This document shows positions 20,722 to 28,144 of a DNA stretch of 64,000 bases, piece after piece. The DNA comes from a virus. The stretch spans positions 1 to 64,000 of IMG/VR virus record IMGVR_UViG_3300030329_005658, one strand, 5' to 3'. Numbering within the stretch: position 1 is the first letter of the stretch; each line of letters begins with the position of its first letter. The position numbers were made by a program, and so were the translations under genes. A model generated the notes under the pieces. That model was not told the origin of the DNA and ran no database searches. It worked only from the letters and a program-made list of their open reading frames with translations.

Positions 20722-21819
20722 ATGGCTGAAAGTTTTTATAAACCACTGGATAATGCTAACGACATTATCAACACCAGAACCCTACTTCATGAGGCGATAC
20801 CTCTAACTGGTACGATTGTAAGTGGCACCTATGGCACAAACAATATTAAAGATTATACACATGGGATGTTTCAATCTGTATACGATTATCCGTATCTTAG
20901 CTCTTCTGCGAATCATATTTTCGATATCACCGTTGGAGTTGGCACGCAATCAGGTATTTATGGGTCTGTTACGAGTCAGCAATCAAAAAAGAAGAACATT
21001 TACAACCAAATGGCACAAGTGCTTATGGGCTATGATGCCACGGGGTCTATACTTCAGTTTGATGCGGACGGAAATATTATTGCTGGGGGTACCAAGATCA
21101 ATGACGGGTTCTTTTTGAATTTCGCAAGGCTGTTGACCAAAGACGAAATTAAGAAAGGTTCTTTTAGATTAGATTTGGGTGTTGATGATGCTTACACAGA
21201 GGGCGGCGCCGTATTTAATAATAGAATTAAAATCACAGATGCCAGTGGTTCGGACGGATATCTTGTTAACTCACCTGCTGGTGAATATGGTATTCTTTAT
21301 GCTACCGCCAGTTCTGGAACGAACGTTTTAGGCGCGAACCAGTCTTATGCTGTCGGGCTTTTGTTTTATCAAGCCGGAATCGCATTCATCTCTGGGTCTG
21401 TGTTCAATGATACGGATGACGGGGGTATTATTCACACCGACATCGGTTCCAACCATCTCGCATCGACTGCTGGGGCAACAGGGTTTCAGTTTGCTACAGC
21501 TTCTACCATTTCTAATGTTGCGAACGCAATCAGGACTAGAATTTACAATCTCCAATTCAATAACACAGTGGAGTTGAATTCTACAATTTATTTTTGCCGC
21601 GTTAACCACAACGAATATAACTATTCGACCAACCCGACATATCTAAACGCTAGCAAGATTAGAGTCAAGACAAAATCAACTGACGAGCCAGTTTCATATA
21701 TTACGACAATAGGGCTCTATAGCGACAATAATGAGTTGATGGCAACAGCGAAACTCAGCGAACCTCTTAAGAAGACAAGCAACAACGAGTTTACTATTCG
21801 GGTTAGATTAGATTACTAA
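20722..21819 (+). CDS. Virion structural protein, paralog of 21831..22976
   Basis: Shared C-terminus NYSTNPTY...YITTIGLY.DNNELMATAKLSEPLKK...IRVRLDY and an internal IKKGS motif. Confidence 0.65.
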   Translation: MAESFYKPLDNANDIINTRTLLHEAIPLTGTIVSGTYGTNNIKDYTHGMFQSVYDYPYLSSSANHIFDITVGVGTQSGIYGSVTSQQSKKKNIYNQMAQVLMGYDATGSILQFDADGNIIAGGTKINDGFFLNFARLLTKDEIKKGSFRLDLGVDDAYTEGGAVFNNRIKITDASGSDGYLVNSPAGEYGILYATASSGTNVLGANQSYAVGLLFYQAGIAFISGSVFNDTDDGGIIHTDIGSNHLASTAGATGFQFATASTISNVANAIRTRIYNLQFNNTVELNSTIYFCRVNHNEYNYSTNPTYLNASKIRVKTKSTDEPVSYITTIGLYSDNNELMATAKLSEPLKKTSNNEFTIRVRLDY

Positions 21820-21830
21820 AATAATATGTT

Positions 21831-22976
21831 ATGCTATACTACAAATTTGAAGAAGACGACATTTTTGTCAATACACTGAGAACTTATCCACTATACCAAT
21901 ATTATATTTATAGCGGCTCAATTTATTTTGATAATAGTCCAAAAGTTGTAGGCCAAAACACGAGCAACATATTATCAGTTGATGATAATCACATATCTTT
22001 ATATGAGTATAATATTGACCGTAGCAGCAACTACATTTATCCCTTTATAATAAAAGGAGATGAAAGGCACTGCTTTAAGAAGATAACAAGAGAAGATTTC
22101 TCAACACAATATGCCTTGGGAGATCAAATCACATCTTCTTATCGCATGTCGGCTAGTATAATTCGATACCACTACGCAGCGAATGCCACTAGGGCCAGAA
22201 TCAGGGCCATGAGAAATACAACAGATCATTATACATATAGGTCTCCGCATTATCAATATTCATCTTCGTTTGGGAATAAGGCAACCCAGCAATTAAACCT
22301 GGTGTCTATCCCATCCATATTGTATGGAAGCTCAATTAAAAAAGGCTCAGTCTCTCTTAAATATTATATTACCGGGTCTTTGATCGGGGAGCTTTCAGAT
22401 TATAGAATGAACGGGGAGCTTGTACAAATTGGCCCTGCCGGCTCAAATGGGTCTGGGTCTGTAGCAGGTGTTGTTCTATATAATGAAGGCCTTTTGGTAT
22501 TAACAGGTAGTTGGGAGCTTAATTCTCAAACTATCGCATATGATGCCTCGGATAAATCAAAGTGGGTTTATTTTGGTTATGGCGCCAATGATGGCAATAC
22601 CACTAATTTGACTTCTGTTTCTTCCTCATTTTATTTGGGCTATTCCGGGTCTCATGACACCCAAGTGGTAACAATGCTGGCTAAAGCCCCGTATGAAAAT
22701 CTCAATTATAGCAATAACCCGACATATGTTTCGGCCTCGCAGGCGAATTCAATCATTTCAGGGTCAAATCGGTTTATTGAAATGCCGAGAGAGGTGAGGA
22801 ACACTTCTGATTATAACTTCAATGATGTCACTGCCCCGATGGATCAATCAATCTATATTTCAAAAATTAATATTTATGATGATGACAAGAATTTAATTGG
22901 AGTTGCTAAACTCGCCAAGCCCATAAGAAAAACCAAAGATCGCCAATTTACATTTAAATTGAAGTTGGACATATAA
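21831..22976 (+). CDS. Virion structural protein, paralog of 20722..21819
   Basis: C-terminus NYSNNPTY...YISKINIYDDDKNLIGVAKLAKPIRK...FKLKLDI and an IKKGS motif. Confidence 0.65.
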   Translation: MLYYKFEEDDIFVNTLRTYPLYQYYIYSGSIYFDNSPKVVGQNTSNILSVDDNHISLYEYNIDRSSNYIYPFIIKGDERHCFKKITREDFSTQYALGDQITSSYRMSASIIRYHYAANATRARIRAMRNTTDHYTYRSPHYQYSSSFGNKATQQLNLVSIPSILYGSSIKKGSVSLKYYITGSLIGELSDYRMNGELVQIGPAGSNGSGSVAGVVLYNEGLLVLTGSWELNSQTIAYDASDKSKWVYFGYGANDGNTTNLTSVSSSFYLGYSGSHDTQVVTMLAKAPYENLNYSNNPTYVSASQANSIISGSNRFIEMPREVRNTSDYNFNDVTAPMDQSIYISKINIYDDDKNLIGVAKLAKPIRKTKDRQFTFKLKLDI

Positions 22977-22994
22977 GATTTTACATTTTTTTAC

Positions 22995-23023
22995 TTGACA
23001 GAAGTTTGAAATTGTGTTATAAT
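22995..23023 (+). promoter_or_regulatory. Consensus sigma70 promoter TTGACA-N17-TATAAT with extended -10 TG
   Basis: TTGACA at 22995-23000 and TATAAT at 23018-23023, with TG at 23015-23016. Confidence 0.85.
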
Positions 23024-23030
23024 TTATATT

Positions 23031-23555
23031 ATGAAAGAATTTATTTTAGGCCTAGATGTTAGTACAAGCCGAGTTGGAATAACTGTTTTAAGCCCTGAAG
23101 CAGACTTAATTGATTGTCAAGTGGTTAAGTTGAACTCTAAAGATGAATTAGAAGATAGATGTGATCAATTAAAGAAACATTTACAGATAAATTATAATAA
23201 ATATTATATAAAAGAAGTATATATAGAATCTCCATTTATTATGTTTTCTGGAGGGAAAACAACAGCAATGACAATGGCAAAGCTACAGCGATTCAATGGA
23301 ATGGTGTCCTATATGGTGCGAGAATTGTATGGTGTGAATGCTGTATCTATCGCTGCTAATAAAGCAAGAGGACTTGTTGGTCTAAAGGTAAAGCGAGGTG
23401 AAAACACAAAGCTTAAGGTTATTGAGTGGGCACAAAAACAGTACCCAAAAAACTTTATTGTAGAATACACAAGGCATGGAAACCCAAAGCCCGGAACTGA
23501 TGATAAAGCAGATTCAATCGTAATTGCCAGAGCAGGACTACTTATTGAAAGATAG
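23031..23555 (+). CDS. RuvC-like Holliday junction resolvase
   Basis: RNase H-fold acidic motifs ILGLDVSTSRVG, VYIE and DDKADSIVIA. Confidence 0.8.
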   Translation: MKEFILGLDVSTSRVGITVLSPEADLIDCQVVKLNSKDELEDRCDQLKKHLQINYNKYYIKEVYIESPFIMFSGGKTTAMTMAKLQRFNGMVSYMVRELYGVNAVSIAANKARGLVGLKVKRGENTKLKVIEWAQKQYPKNFIVEYTRHGNPKPGTDDKADSIVIARAGLLIER

Positions 23556-23563
23556 GAGTTTTT

Positions 23564-23704
23564 ATGAAGGCAATCTGTTTAACTTGTTTTTGGGTTAATG
23601 CTGGATTAGCATGGTATGCTGTTGCGAATGATGTGGGGATAGCCCCAGTGGCTTTGGCTCTGGTTTCTGCCGGGCTTTGTTTGGCTGGTTATTTACAGAA
23701 ATAA
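23564..23704 (+). CDS. Small membrane protein (46 aa), absent from the ORF track
   Basis: AGGAG RBS. Translation MKAICLTCFWVNAGLAWYAVANDVGIAPVALALVSAGLCLAGYLQK has two hydrophobic segments. Confidence 0.6.
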   Translation: MKAICLTCFWVNAGLAWYAVANDVGIAPVALALVSAGLCLAGYLQK

Positions 23705-23731
23705 TTTGACAACTGCCTTGTGGCATGATAT

Positions 23732-23935
23732 ATGGAGAATAAGCACTTAATAAAAGTTGGCTCATTGGTAGTAGATGCCAATCCCTATAAGGCACCAGAG
23801 TTGTTTTATGGTTATGGAATTGTTCTCGAAGTAATAAGCGAATTTTATGTGATTGTCCATTGGGATAAATATAATTTTACTCAAGCTGTAAGAATTTCTG
23901 ATTTGGAGGTATTAGATGAAATTGAAGATAGGTGA
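23732..23935 (+). CDS. Array paralog 1 (KOW/SH3-like small protein)
   Basis: IKVGSLV...GIVLEV...VHWD...DLEVL. Confidence 0.7.
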   Translation: MENKHLIKVGSLVVDANPYKAPELFYGYGIVLEVISEFYVIVHWDKYNFTQAVRISDLEVLDEIEDR

Positions 23936-24089
23936 TAAGGTAGAGCGGAGGTGGAAACCGGCTTTAGGCCATGGGGTCATTACTCATATACTTGGGAATA
24001 AGATAGTAGTGACTTGGTACGGCCCGGAAAAACCAATAGTTGAATTTGAGCAAGCAAAATATCTAAGAGTGCTCAATGAAAGTCGGTGA
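23916..24089 (+). CDS. Array paralog 2 (57 aa; not in ORF track)
   Basis: GGAGGT RBS. MKLKIGDKVERRWKPALGHGVITHILGNKIVVTWYGPEKPIVEFEQAKYLRVLNESR. Confidence 0.75.
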   Translation: MKLKIGDKVERRWKPALGHGVITHILGNKIVVTWYGPEKPIVEFEQAKYLRVLNESR

Positions 24090-24252
24090 TCTTGTAAAAG
24101 TCAAGCCATCACCTTGGGTTTTTCGCTCTACGGACATTGGAATCATATATAATAAGACTAGCACCTGTGTCCATGTGAATTGGTTTGAGTGGGGCTCTAT
24201 TCGTTATAGCATTGGAACCACAGAAGACGAATTAGAAGTTATCTCATCATGA
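24076..24252 (+). CDS. Array paralog 3 (58 aa; not in ORF track)
   Basis: MKVGDLVKVKPSPWVFRSTDIGIIYNKTSTCVHVNWFEWGSIRYSIGTTEDELEVISS. Confidence 0.75.
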   Translation: MKVGDLVKVKPSPWVFRSTDIGIIYNKTSTCVHVNWFEWGSIRYSIGTTEDELEVISS

Positions 24253-24464
24253 ATTCGGGAGATTTAATTCTAATTCGAGTATGGCCTTGCGATGAATTGA
24301 GGTTTGGGCTTTTGGTTCAACAACTAGGCTGGAGAGAAGTGATGGAGTTACAAATTAGATGTAGGCGAGCATGGTGGGTTCATTTCCCAGATATTAACAA
24401 AATGATGGCTTACGATGAAGACTTAATAATATTATTATCCGAGGACGAAAATGAACACGTTTAA
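24249..24464 (+). CDS. Array paralog 4 (divergent)
   Basis: MNSGDLILI...FGLLV...WWVHF...; ATGA overlap with the previous stop. Confidence 0.65.
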   Translation: MNSGDLILIRVWPCDELRFGLLVQQLGWREVMELQIRCRRAWWVHFPDINKMMAYDEDLIILLSEDENEHV

Positions 24465-25155
24465 GACATATGAAACCTGCCAAGTATTTTATTCCAATTG
24501 GTCGCAGAAATTAAAAAAGGGTGACGAAAACTATTGGTGGACGATAGCTACCATTGCTGATTGGATCGGTCATGCCCTTGAGGGAAGCCGCAGAATCCCA
24601 GGCCAGCAGCCCATATGGGCATCAACAATAGGAGTTGTCCAGACAAAAGAGAAGTTTGGGCAAGTTAGGGTGTATTGTTATTTTGCTCTTTCAGAAGCTG
24701 TTGAGGCGGAGTACAAATTATATGTAAGTAATATTAAGGAGGAAAATAGCAAATATTACGACTGGAAATCTTCAGGCCAACAAGCTCATATTAAAAAAGA
24801 AGAATATGAAAGCGGCAAGTATCCTATTAAATTGAAAACTATTGAAGACTTTTCTCAAGAATGTTATTTCAAGGACTTGCGACATTATAGAGAAGTTTAT
24901 TATGAAGCTTTTAAGCTTTGGCCACAATACGAATCTGCCATCCGCGCAGGCGCTGACTTCTCTGAATACCTTCTTGAATTGGACGAGGTTGATGCGTATT
25001 TCGATTTTATTTTAAACAGCAACCTTAAATGGTATCGCGAATCCTCTACTTGGTCTGACCAGGGAGAAAATGGAATGAGGGAGTCCAATTTGAGAAGGAA
25101 GAACAAAGTTAAAAATATACTTGATTTCTTAAACAACGGAGAGGAAAATGCCTAA
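24451..25155 (+). CDS. Hypothetical phage protein with a Q.KEKFG..R.Y motif
   Basis: GAGGA RBS; 234-aa ORF containing QTKEKFGQVRVY. Confidence 0.6.
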   Translation: MNTFKTYETCQVFYSNWSQKLKKGDENYWWTIATIADWIGHALEGSRRIPGQQPIWASTIGVVQTKEKFGQVRVYCYFALSEAVEAEYKLYVSNIKEENSKYYDWKSSGQQAHIKKEEYESGKYPIKLKTIEDFSQECYFKDLRHYREVYYEAFKLWPQYESAIRAGADFSEYLLELDEVDAYFDFILNSNLKWYRESSTWSDQGENGMRESNLRRKNKVKNILDFLNNGEENA

Positions 25156-25468
25156 AAAAGGATTAGATAAAAAAGGCGATGTCGGACTTAAAGACAGGCA
25201 AAAACATAAGGTAGAGCCACCAAAGGAATATAAAGTTGTTTTTTATAATGACGATTATACACCAATGGAATTTGTAACTCAGTTGTTGATGCAGATTTTT
25301 CATAAAGACTCAATGACAGCAAAAGCAATAACTCAGCACGTTCATAACAACGGTAGAGGTATCGCCGGAGTATATTCGAGAGAAATAGCGGAAACAAAGA
25401 CACATGAATGTATGGCTATAGCTAAAAACTATGAGCACCCTTTAATGATTGATTTTGAGCCGGAGTGA
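25148..25468 (+). CDS. clpS: ATP-dependent Clp protease adaptor ClpS
   Basis: Hallmark PP..YKV.FYNDDYTPMEFV....IF....A..I...VH..G.G.AG.Y..EIAETK. Confidence 0.92.
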   Translation: MPKKGLDKKGDVGLKDRQKHKVEPPKEYKVVFYNDDYTPMEFVTQLLMQIFHKDSMTAKAITQHVHNNGRGIAGVYSREIAETKTHECMAIAKNYEHPLMIDFEPE

Positions 25469-25475
25469 CTATTTA
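25468..25475 (+). promoter_or_regulatory. Putative late promoter motif ACTATTTA
   Basis: Copy of the recurring motif 41 nt before the aldolase ATG. Confidence 0.5.
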
Positions 25476-25516
25476 AGTGGTCTTACGAATGGCAAGAAAA
25501 AACAAAGGATAATAAT

Positions 25517-26119
25517 ATGATAACAGCAATGGGCGATGTAATGCGCCGGGCCTATGAGAGGGGCTGGATAACAACAAGAGATGGAAATATTTCACTGAGG
25601 CGAAAGGCGAGTGATATTTTTTACGTCACACCCTCAGGTTGGAGAAAGACGATTATCCATCCAGAGCACATGATCAAAATCAGACTAACTCCAGCCGGCC
25701 TTGATGTTTTAGATGGTCACGCAAAACCATCTGGAGAATTGGCTATGCACGGCAAACTACAGAGGTACCATAAAAGGACTAGGGCTGTTGTTCATCTTCA
25801 TCCTACTAATATTATTGCTGCCATGTATGCTGGGTGGGATTTACAAACTTTAGCCGCCGAATTTCCTGAAGTTTCTAGATACACCAGGGTTGGGCCATCT
25901 GTTCCAGTTTTACCTGTAACTTCCGATGAATTAGCTTGCGCAACCTTTCAAGCAATGACAGCAGAACACTCGAATAGAGTCATTTATGATATAGTTGGGC
26001 AAGGTGCTCATGGGGTTTGTGCTATTGGGCCCAACCCTTGGGATGCTTATGAGCATATTGAGAGACTGGAACACATATGCGAAATCGCCCTTAGGAGTGG
26101 GGTCAAGCCCAAAAAGTAA
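25517..26119 (+). CDS. Class II aldolase/adducin family protein (FucA/OtnC/MtnB-like)
   Basis: GNISLR, VTPSG, KPSGELAMH, AVVHLHP and AHG metal-binding motifs. Confidence 0.88.
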   Translation: MITAMGDVMRRAYERGWITTRDGNISLRRKASDIFYVTPSGWRKTIIHPEHMIKIRLTPAGLDVLDGHAKPSGELAMHGKLQRYHKRTRAVVHLHPTNIIAAMYAGWDLQTLAAEFPEVSRYTRVGPSVPVLPVTSDELACATFQAMTAEHSNRVIYDIVGQGAHGVCAIGPNPWDAYEHIERLEHICEIALRSGVKPKK

Positions 26120-26127
26120 AAAATAAT

Positions 26128-26157
26128 TTGACAAATTCTTCAAGCATGTTATATATT
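26128..26157 (+). promoter_or_regulatory. Sigma70-type promoter for the main array and primase operon
   Basis: TTGACA at 26128-26133, then TGtTATATA (16-nt spacer) or TATATT (18-nt spacer). Confidence 0.7.
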
Positions 26158-26179
26158 CTATGTACATCGGAGGTACATT

Positions 26180-26227
26180 ATGAATAGCAGTGGTGGAAAG
26201 CTTCGTGAAAATTGGCGACTTAGTTAG
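26180..26227 (+). CDS. 15-aa leader ORF MNSSGGKLRENWRLS
   Basis: GGAGG at 26169-26173 with ATG at 26180. It overlaps the GTG start (26205) of the first array gene in the same geometry as the array junctions. Confidence 0.55.
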   Translation: MNSSGGKLRENWRLS

Positions 26228-26390
26228 AGGAACCTATTCCGGAAGAATTGGGATTATTGTGTCACAACCTATTGAATTTGTTAAAGAGACAATAGTTATT
26301 AAGGCATTTGTTTCAGTTTTATGGTCAGACGGGCAGTATTCTAATTCTTATGAATCTCAATTTTTAGAGGTAATAAATGAAAGTAGGTGA
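26205..26390 (+). CDS. Array paralog 5
   Basis: GTG start; (M)KIGDLVRGTYSGRIGIIV...VLWSDG...FLEVINESR. Confidence 0.8.
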   Translation: MKIGDLVRGTYSGRIGIIVSQPIEFVKETIVIKAFVSVLWSDGQYSNSYESQFLEVINESR

Positions 26391-26568
26391 TTTGGTACAA
26401 GAGCGCGAATCAGGCGAGGTTGGCATTATTATTGGGGGTCCAATAAACAAGCTCATAGACGGTCCATCGATCATGATACTATTTAATGTTCTATGGATCA
26501 ATGGAGAGGAGGAGCTTGAGGATGTTGAGTTTCTAAAAGTAATAAATGAAAATAGGGGATCTGGTTAA
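26377..26568 (+). CDS. Array paralog 6
   Basis: MKVGDLVQERESGEVGIII...VLWING...FLKVINENR. Confidence 0.8.
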   Translation: MKVGDLVQERESGEVGIIIGGPINKLIDGPSIMILFNVLWINGEEELEDVEFLKVINENRGSG

Positions 26569-26734
26569 ATTAAAATGGAGCGGTAATGGTCGACCAAGTA
26601 TCGGAATCGTTGTGAGGCTTTTAAGCGAAAAGCCATATAATAATAAAGTAGTTCAAATTTCGTGGGCAGGGTGGACTATAGCAAAATCCTATTGGGATAT
26701 AGGTGACTTGGAAATAATCAGTGAAATTAGGTGA
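26546..26734 (+). CDS. Array paralog 7
   Basis: MKIGDLVKLK...IGIVV...ISWAG...DLEIISEIR. Confidence 0.8.
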   Translation: MKIGDLVKLKWSGNGRPSIGIVVRLLSEKPYNNKVVQISWAGWTIAKSYWDIGDLEIISEIR

Positions 26735-26891
26735 TTTAGTAAGGGTGAGGGATAGATTCTCTAGTGGGGAGGATTATGGGTTTGGGATTATTCTTGAGCC
26801 GCCTAATCAGTATGGAGACGCTATAGTGTATTGGATTGATGACGGGGAGATAGTATGTATTTTAGATCTTTGTTTGGAGGTAGTTCAGTGA
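26721..26891 (+). CDS. Array paralog 8 (56 aa; not in ORF track)
   Basis: GTG start; MKLGDLVRVRDRFSSGEDYGFGIILEPPNQYGDAIVYWIDDGEIVCILDLCLEVVQ. Confidence 0.8.
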   Translation: MKLGDLVRVRDRFSSGEDYGFGIILEPPNQYGDAIVYWIDDGEIVCILDLCLEVVQ

Positions 26892-27046
26892 AGATTGGCG
26901 ACTTAGTAAAAATGAGCGTTTGGGAAGATGTCGGCATAGTCATTGAAATTGACGATCATATGGCCCTTGTTTATTGGATTAACGACAAGTTTCTTGAAAA
27001 TTGGAATTGGATAAGCACCCTGGAGATAATCAATGAAAAAAGGTGA
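26888..27046 (+). CDS. Array paralog 9
   Basis: GGAGGT RBS, GTG start (GTGA overlap); MKIGDLVKMSVWEDVGIVI...VYWIND...LEIINEKR. Confidence 0.8.
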   Translation: MKIGDLVKMSVWEDVGIVIEIDDHMALVYWINDKFLENWNWISTLEIINEKR

Positions 27047-27215
27047 TTTGGTTAAAGTGAAAGAAGAATTCGCCCAGACATATTATTATACGGAGATGTA
27101 TGGTATTATTATATATCCCCGTGATGAATTTGGTGATGTTGTGGTCTGCTGGACTGACGGACAGACTGAAGTAATTCAGTTTTTTGAGGTAGAGGTAATT
27201 AATGAAAATTGGTGA
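27033..27215 (+). CDS. Array paralog 10
   Basis: MKKGDLVKVK...YGIII...VCWTDG...EVEVINENW. Confidence 0.8.
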   Translation: MKKGDLVKVKEEFAQTYYYTEMYGIIIYPRDEFGDVVVCWTDGQTEVIQFFEVEVINENW

Positions 27216-27453
27216 TCTCATAAGATATAGAGGTAGAAAGCCCACAGATCCACATCCAGGAGTTGTCGGTAACCTTGGAACGTGGAAGACGCTTGGTGTT
27301 GTCGTACGCTTTACAAAAGCTGCGTATGATATAACAGGGGAAATGTTTCCCTCAGTTGAATATGTTGACTTTAATGGGGATCATATAATTTGTAAATGTG
27401 AAGATGTAGAGGTGATTAATGAAAAAAGGGTCCAAAGTAAGAACAACCTTTGA
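27202..27453 (+). CDS. Array paralog 11
   Basis: MKIGDLIRYR...LGVVV...DVEVINEKR. Confidence 0.8.
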   Translation: MKIGDLIRYRGRKPTDPHPGVVGNLGTWKTLGVVVRFTKAAYDITGEMFPSVEYVDFNGDHIICKCEDVEVINEKRVQSKNNL

Positions 27454-27583
27454 TGGCAAAGTAGGTATCTCAAAGGGTCCAATCTTTGCTCTTAGTGTTT
27501 GGTGGATTTTGGTTCAGTGGCCCGATGGGAGAGAAGCCATGGTTAAGGAGCAATTTCTAGAGGTGATAGATGCAGATCGGTGA
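27419..27583 (+). CDS. Array paralog 12 (54 aa; not in ORF track)
   Basis: MKKGSKVRTTFDGKVGISKGPIFALSVWWILVQWPDGREAMVKEQFLEVIDADR. Confidence 0.75.
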   Translation: MKKGSKVRTTFDGKVGISKGPIFALSVWWILVQWPDGREAMVKEQFLEVIDADR

Positions 27584-27755
27584 TTTAGTAAGATGTAAGT
27601 ATTTTCATACTATTGGCATTGTGGCATCACGACCTGAATACTGGCCTAATGATGGTACATCGAATGTTGATAAGGTTGTCAAAGTATACTGGGCCCATGG
27701 CGCATATTCAAAATACAAGACTCAATACTTGGAGGTGATAAATGGAAGTCGGTGA
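27570..27755 (+). CDS. Array paralog 13
   Basis: MQIGDLVRCK...IGIVA...VYWAHG...YLEVINGSR. Confidence 0.8.
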   Translation: MQIGDLVRCKYFHTIGIVASRPEYWPNDGTSNVDKVVKVYWAHGAYSKYKTQYLEVINGSR

Positions 27756-27960
27756 CTTAGTAAAATTTGTGAAATATTATGATTCGAATCTATTGGATCG
27801 GGTATCATATCATTTAGTTGGAAAAACAGGAGTCTTAATAAGAAAGGTTACCGATTCCATAGCAGAGGATTGGGGAGCAGCATGGGATGTTTTAGTTGGA
27901 GACGAGGTAGAACCCTTCTGTTATGAAAGGTGGATGGAGGTGATCAGTGAAAATAGGTGA
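27742..27960 (+). CDS. Array paralog 14
   Basis: MEVGDLVKFV...TGVLI...WDVLVG...WMEVISENR. Confidence 0.8.
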   Translation: MEVGDLVKFVKYYDSNLLDRVSYHLVGKTGVLIRKVTDSIAEDWGAAWDVLVGDEVEPFCYERWMEVISENR

Positions 27961-28144
27961 CTTGGTAAAACTAAAGAAGAAATGGAAAAATGTTGAATAT
28001 AGCCCTCAAGAGGTTGAAAATCGAGTTGGGGTTGTTATTGCTCGTTCCCGAGAATATGGCTGGAAGGTTTATTGGATTACGAATGGAGACACAGCATTCA
28101 AGTTTGGTCAAGATTTGGAGGTGATCAATGGAAGAAAAGATTAA
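27947..28144 (+). CDS. Array paralog 15
   Basis: GTG start; MKIGDLVKLK...VGVVI...VYWITNG...DLEVINGRKD. Confidence 0.8.
   Translation: MKIGDLVKLKKKWKNVEYSPQEVENRVGVVIARSREYGWKVYWITNGDTAFKFGQDLEVINGRKD

Larger units (their letters stand above)
26364..28144 (+). repeat. Degenerate ~37-nt direct repeats at the array gene junctions
   Basis: Consensus approximately YTRGARGTRATHARTGAAARTNGGTGAYYTRGTWARA, at about 26364, 26533, 26708, 26874, 27020, 27189, 27406, 27557, 27729 and 27934. A 5' half-copy sits at 28115 (primase start), with further copies near 23903 and 24063. Confidence 0.8.

Noticed and set aside
23706-23734. Sigma70 promoter TTGACA at 23706
   Set aside because: The -35 is perfect but the correctly spaced -10 (TATATG) is imperfect and overlaps the annotated start; plausible but too uncertain to list.
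25489-25512. uORF MARKNKG before the aldolase
   Set aside because: No SD, and short enough to be chance.
26364-28144. CRISPR array interpretation of the junction repeats
   Set aside because: The repeats are degenerate, non-palindromic and protein-coding; the intervening segments are over 100 nt and in open frames; there are no cas genes.
23732-28144. Diversity-generating retroelement or classical integron
   Set aside because: No reverse transcriptase or tyrosine integrase in the window, no template/variable repeat pair differing only at adenines, and no attC-like inverted repeats seen.
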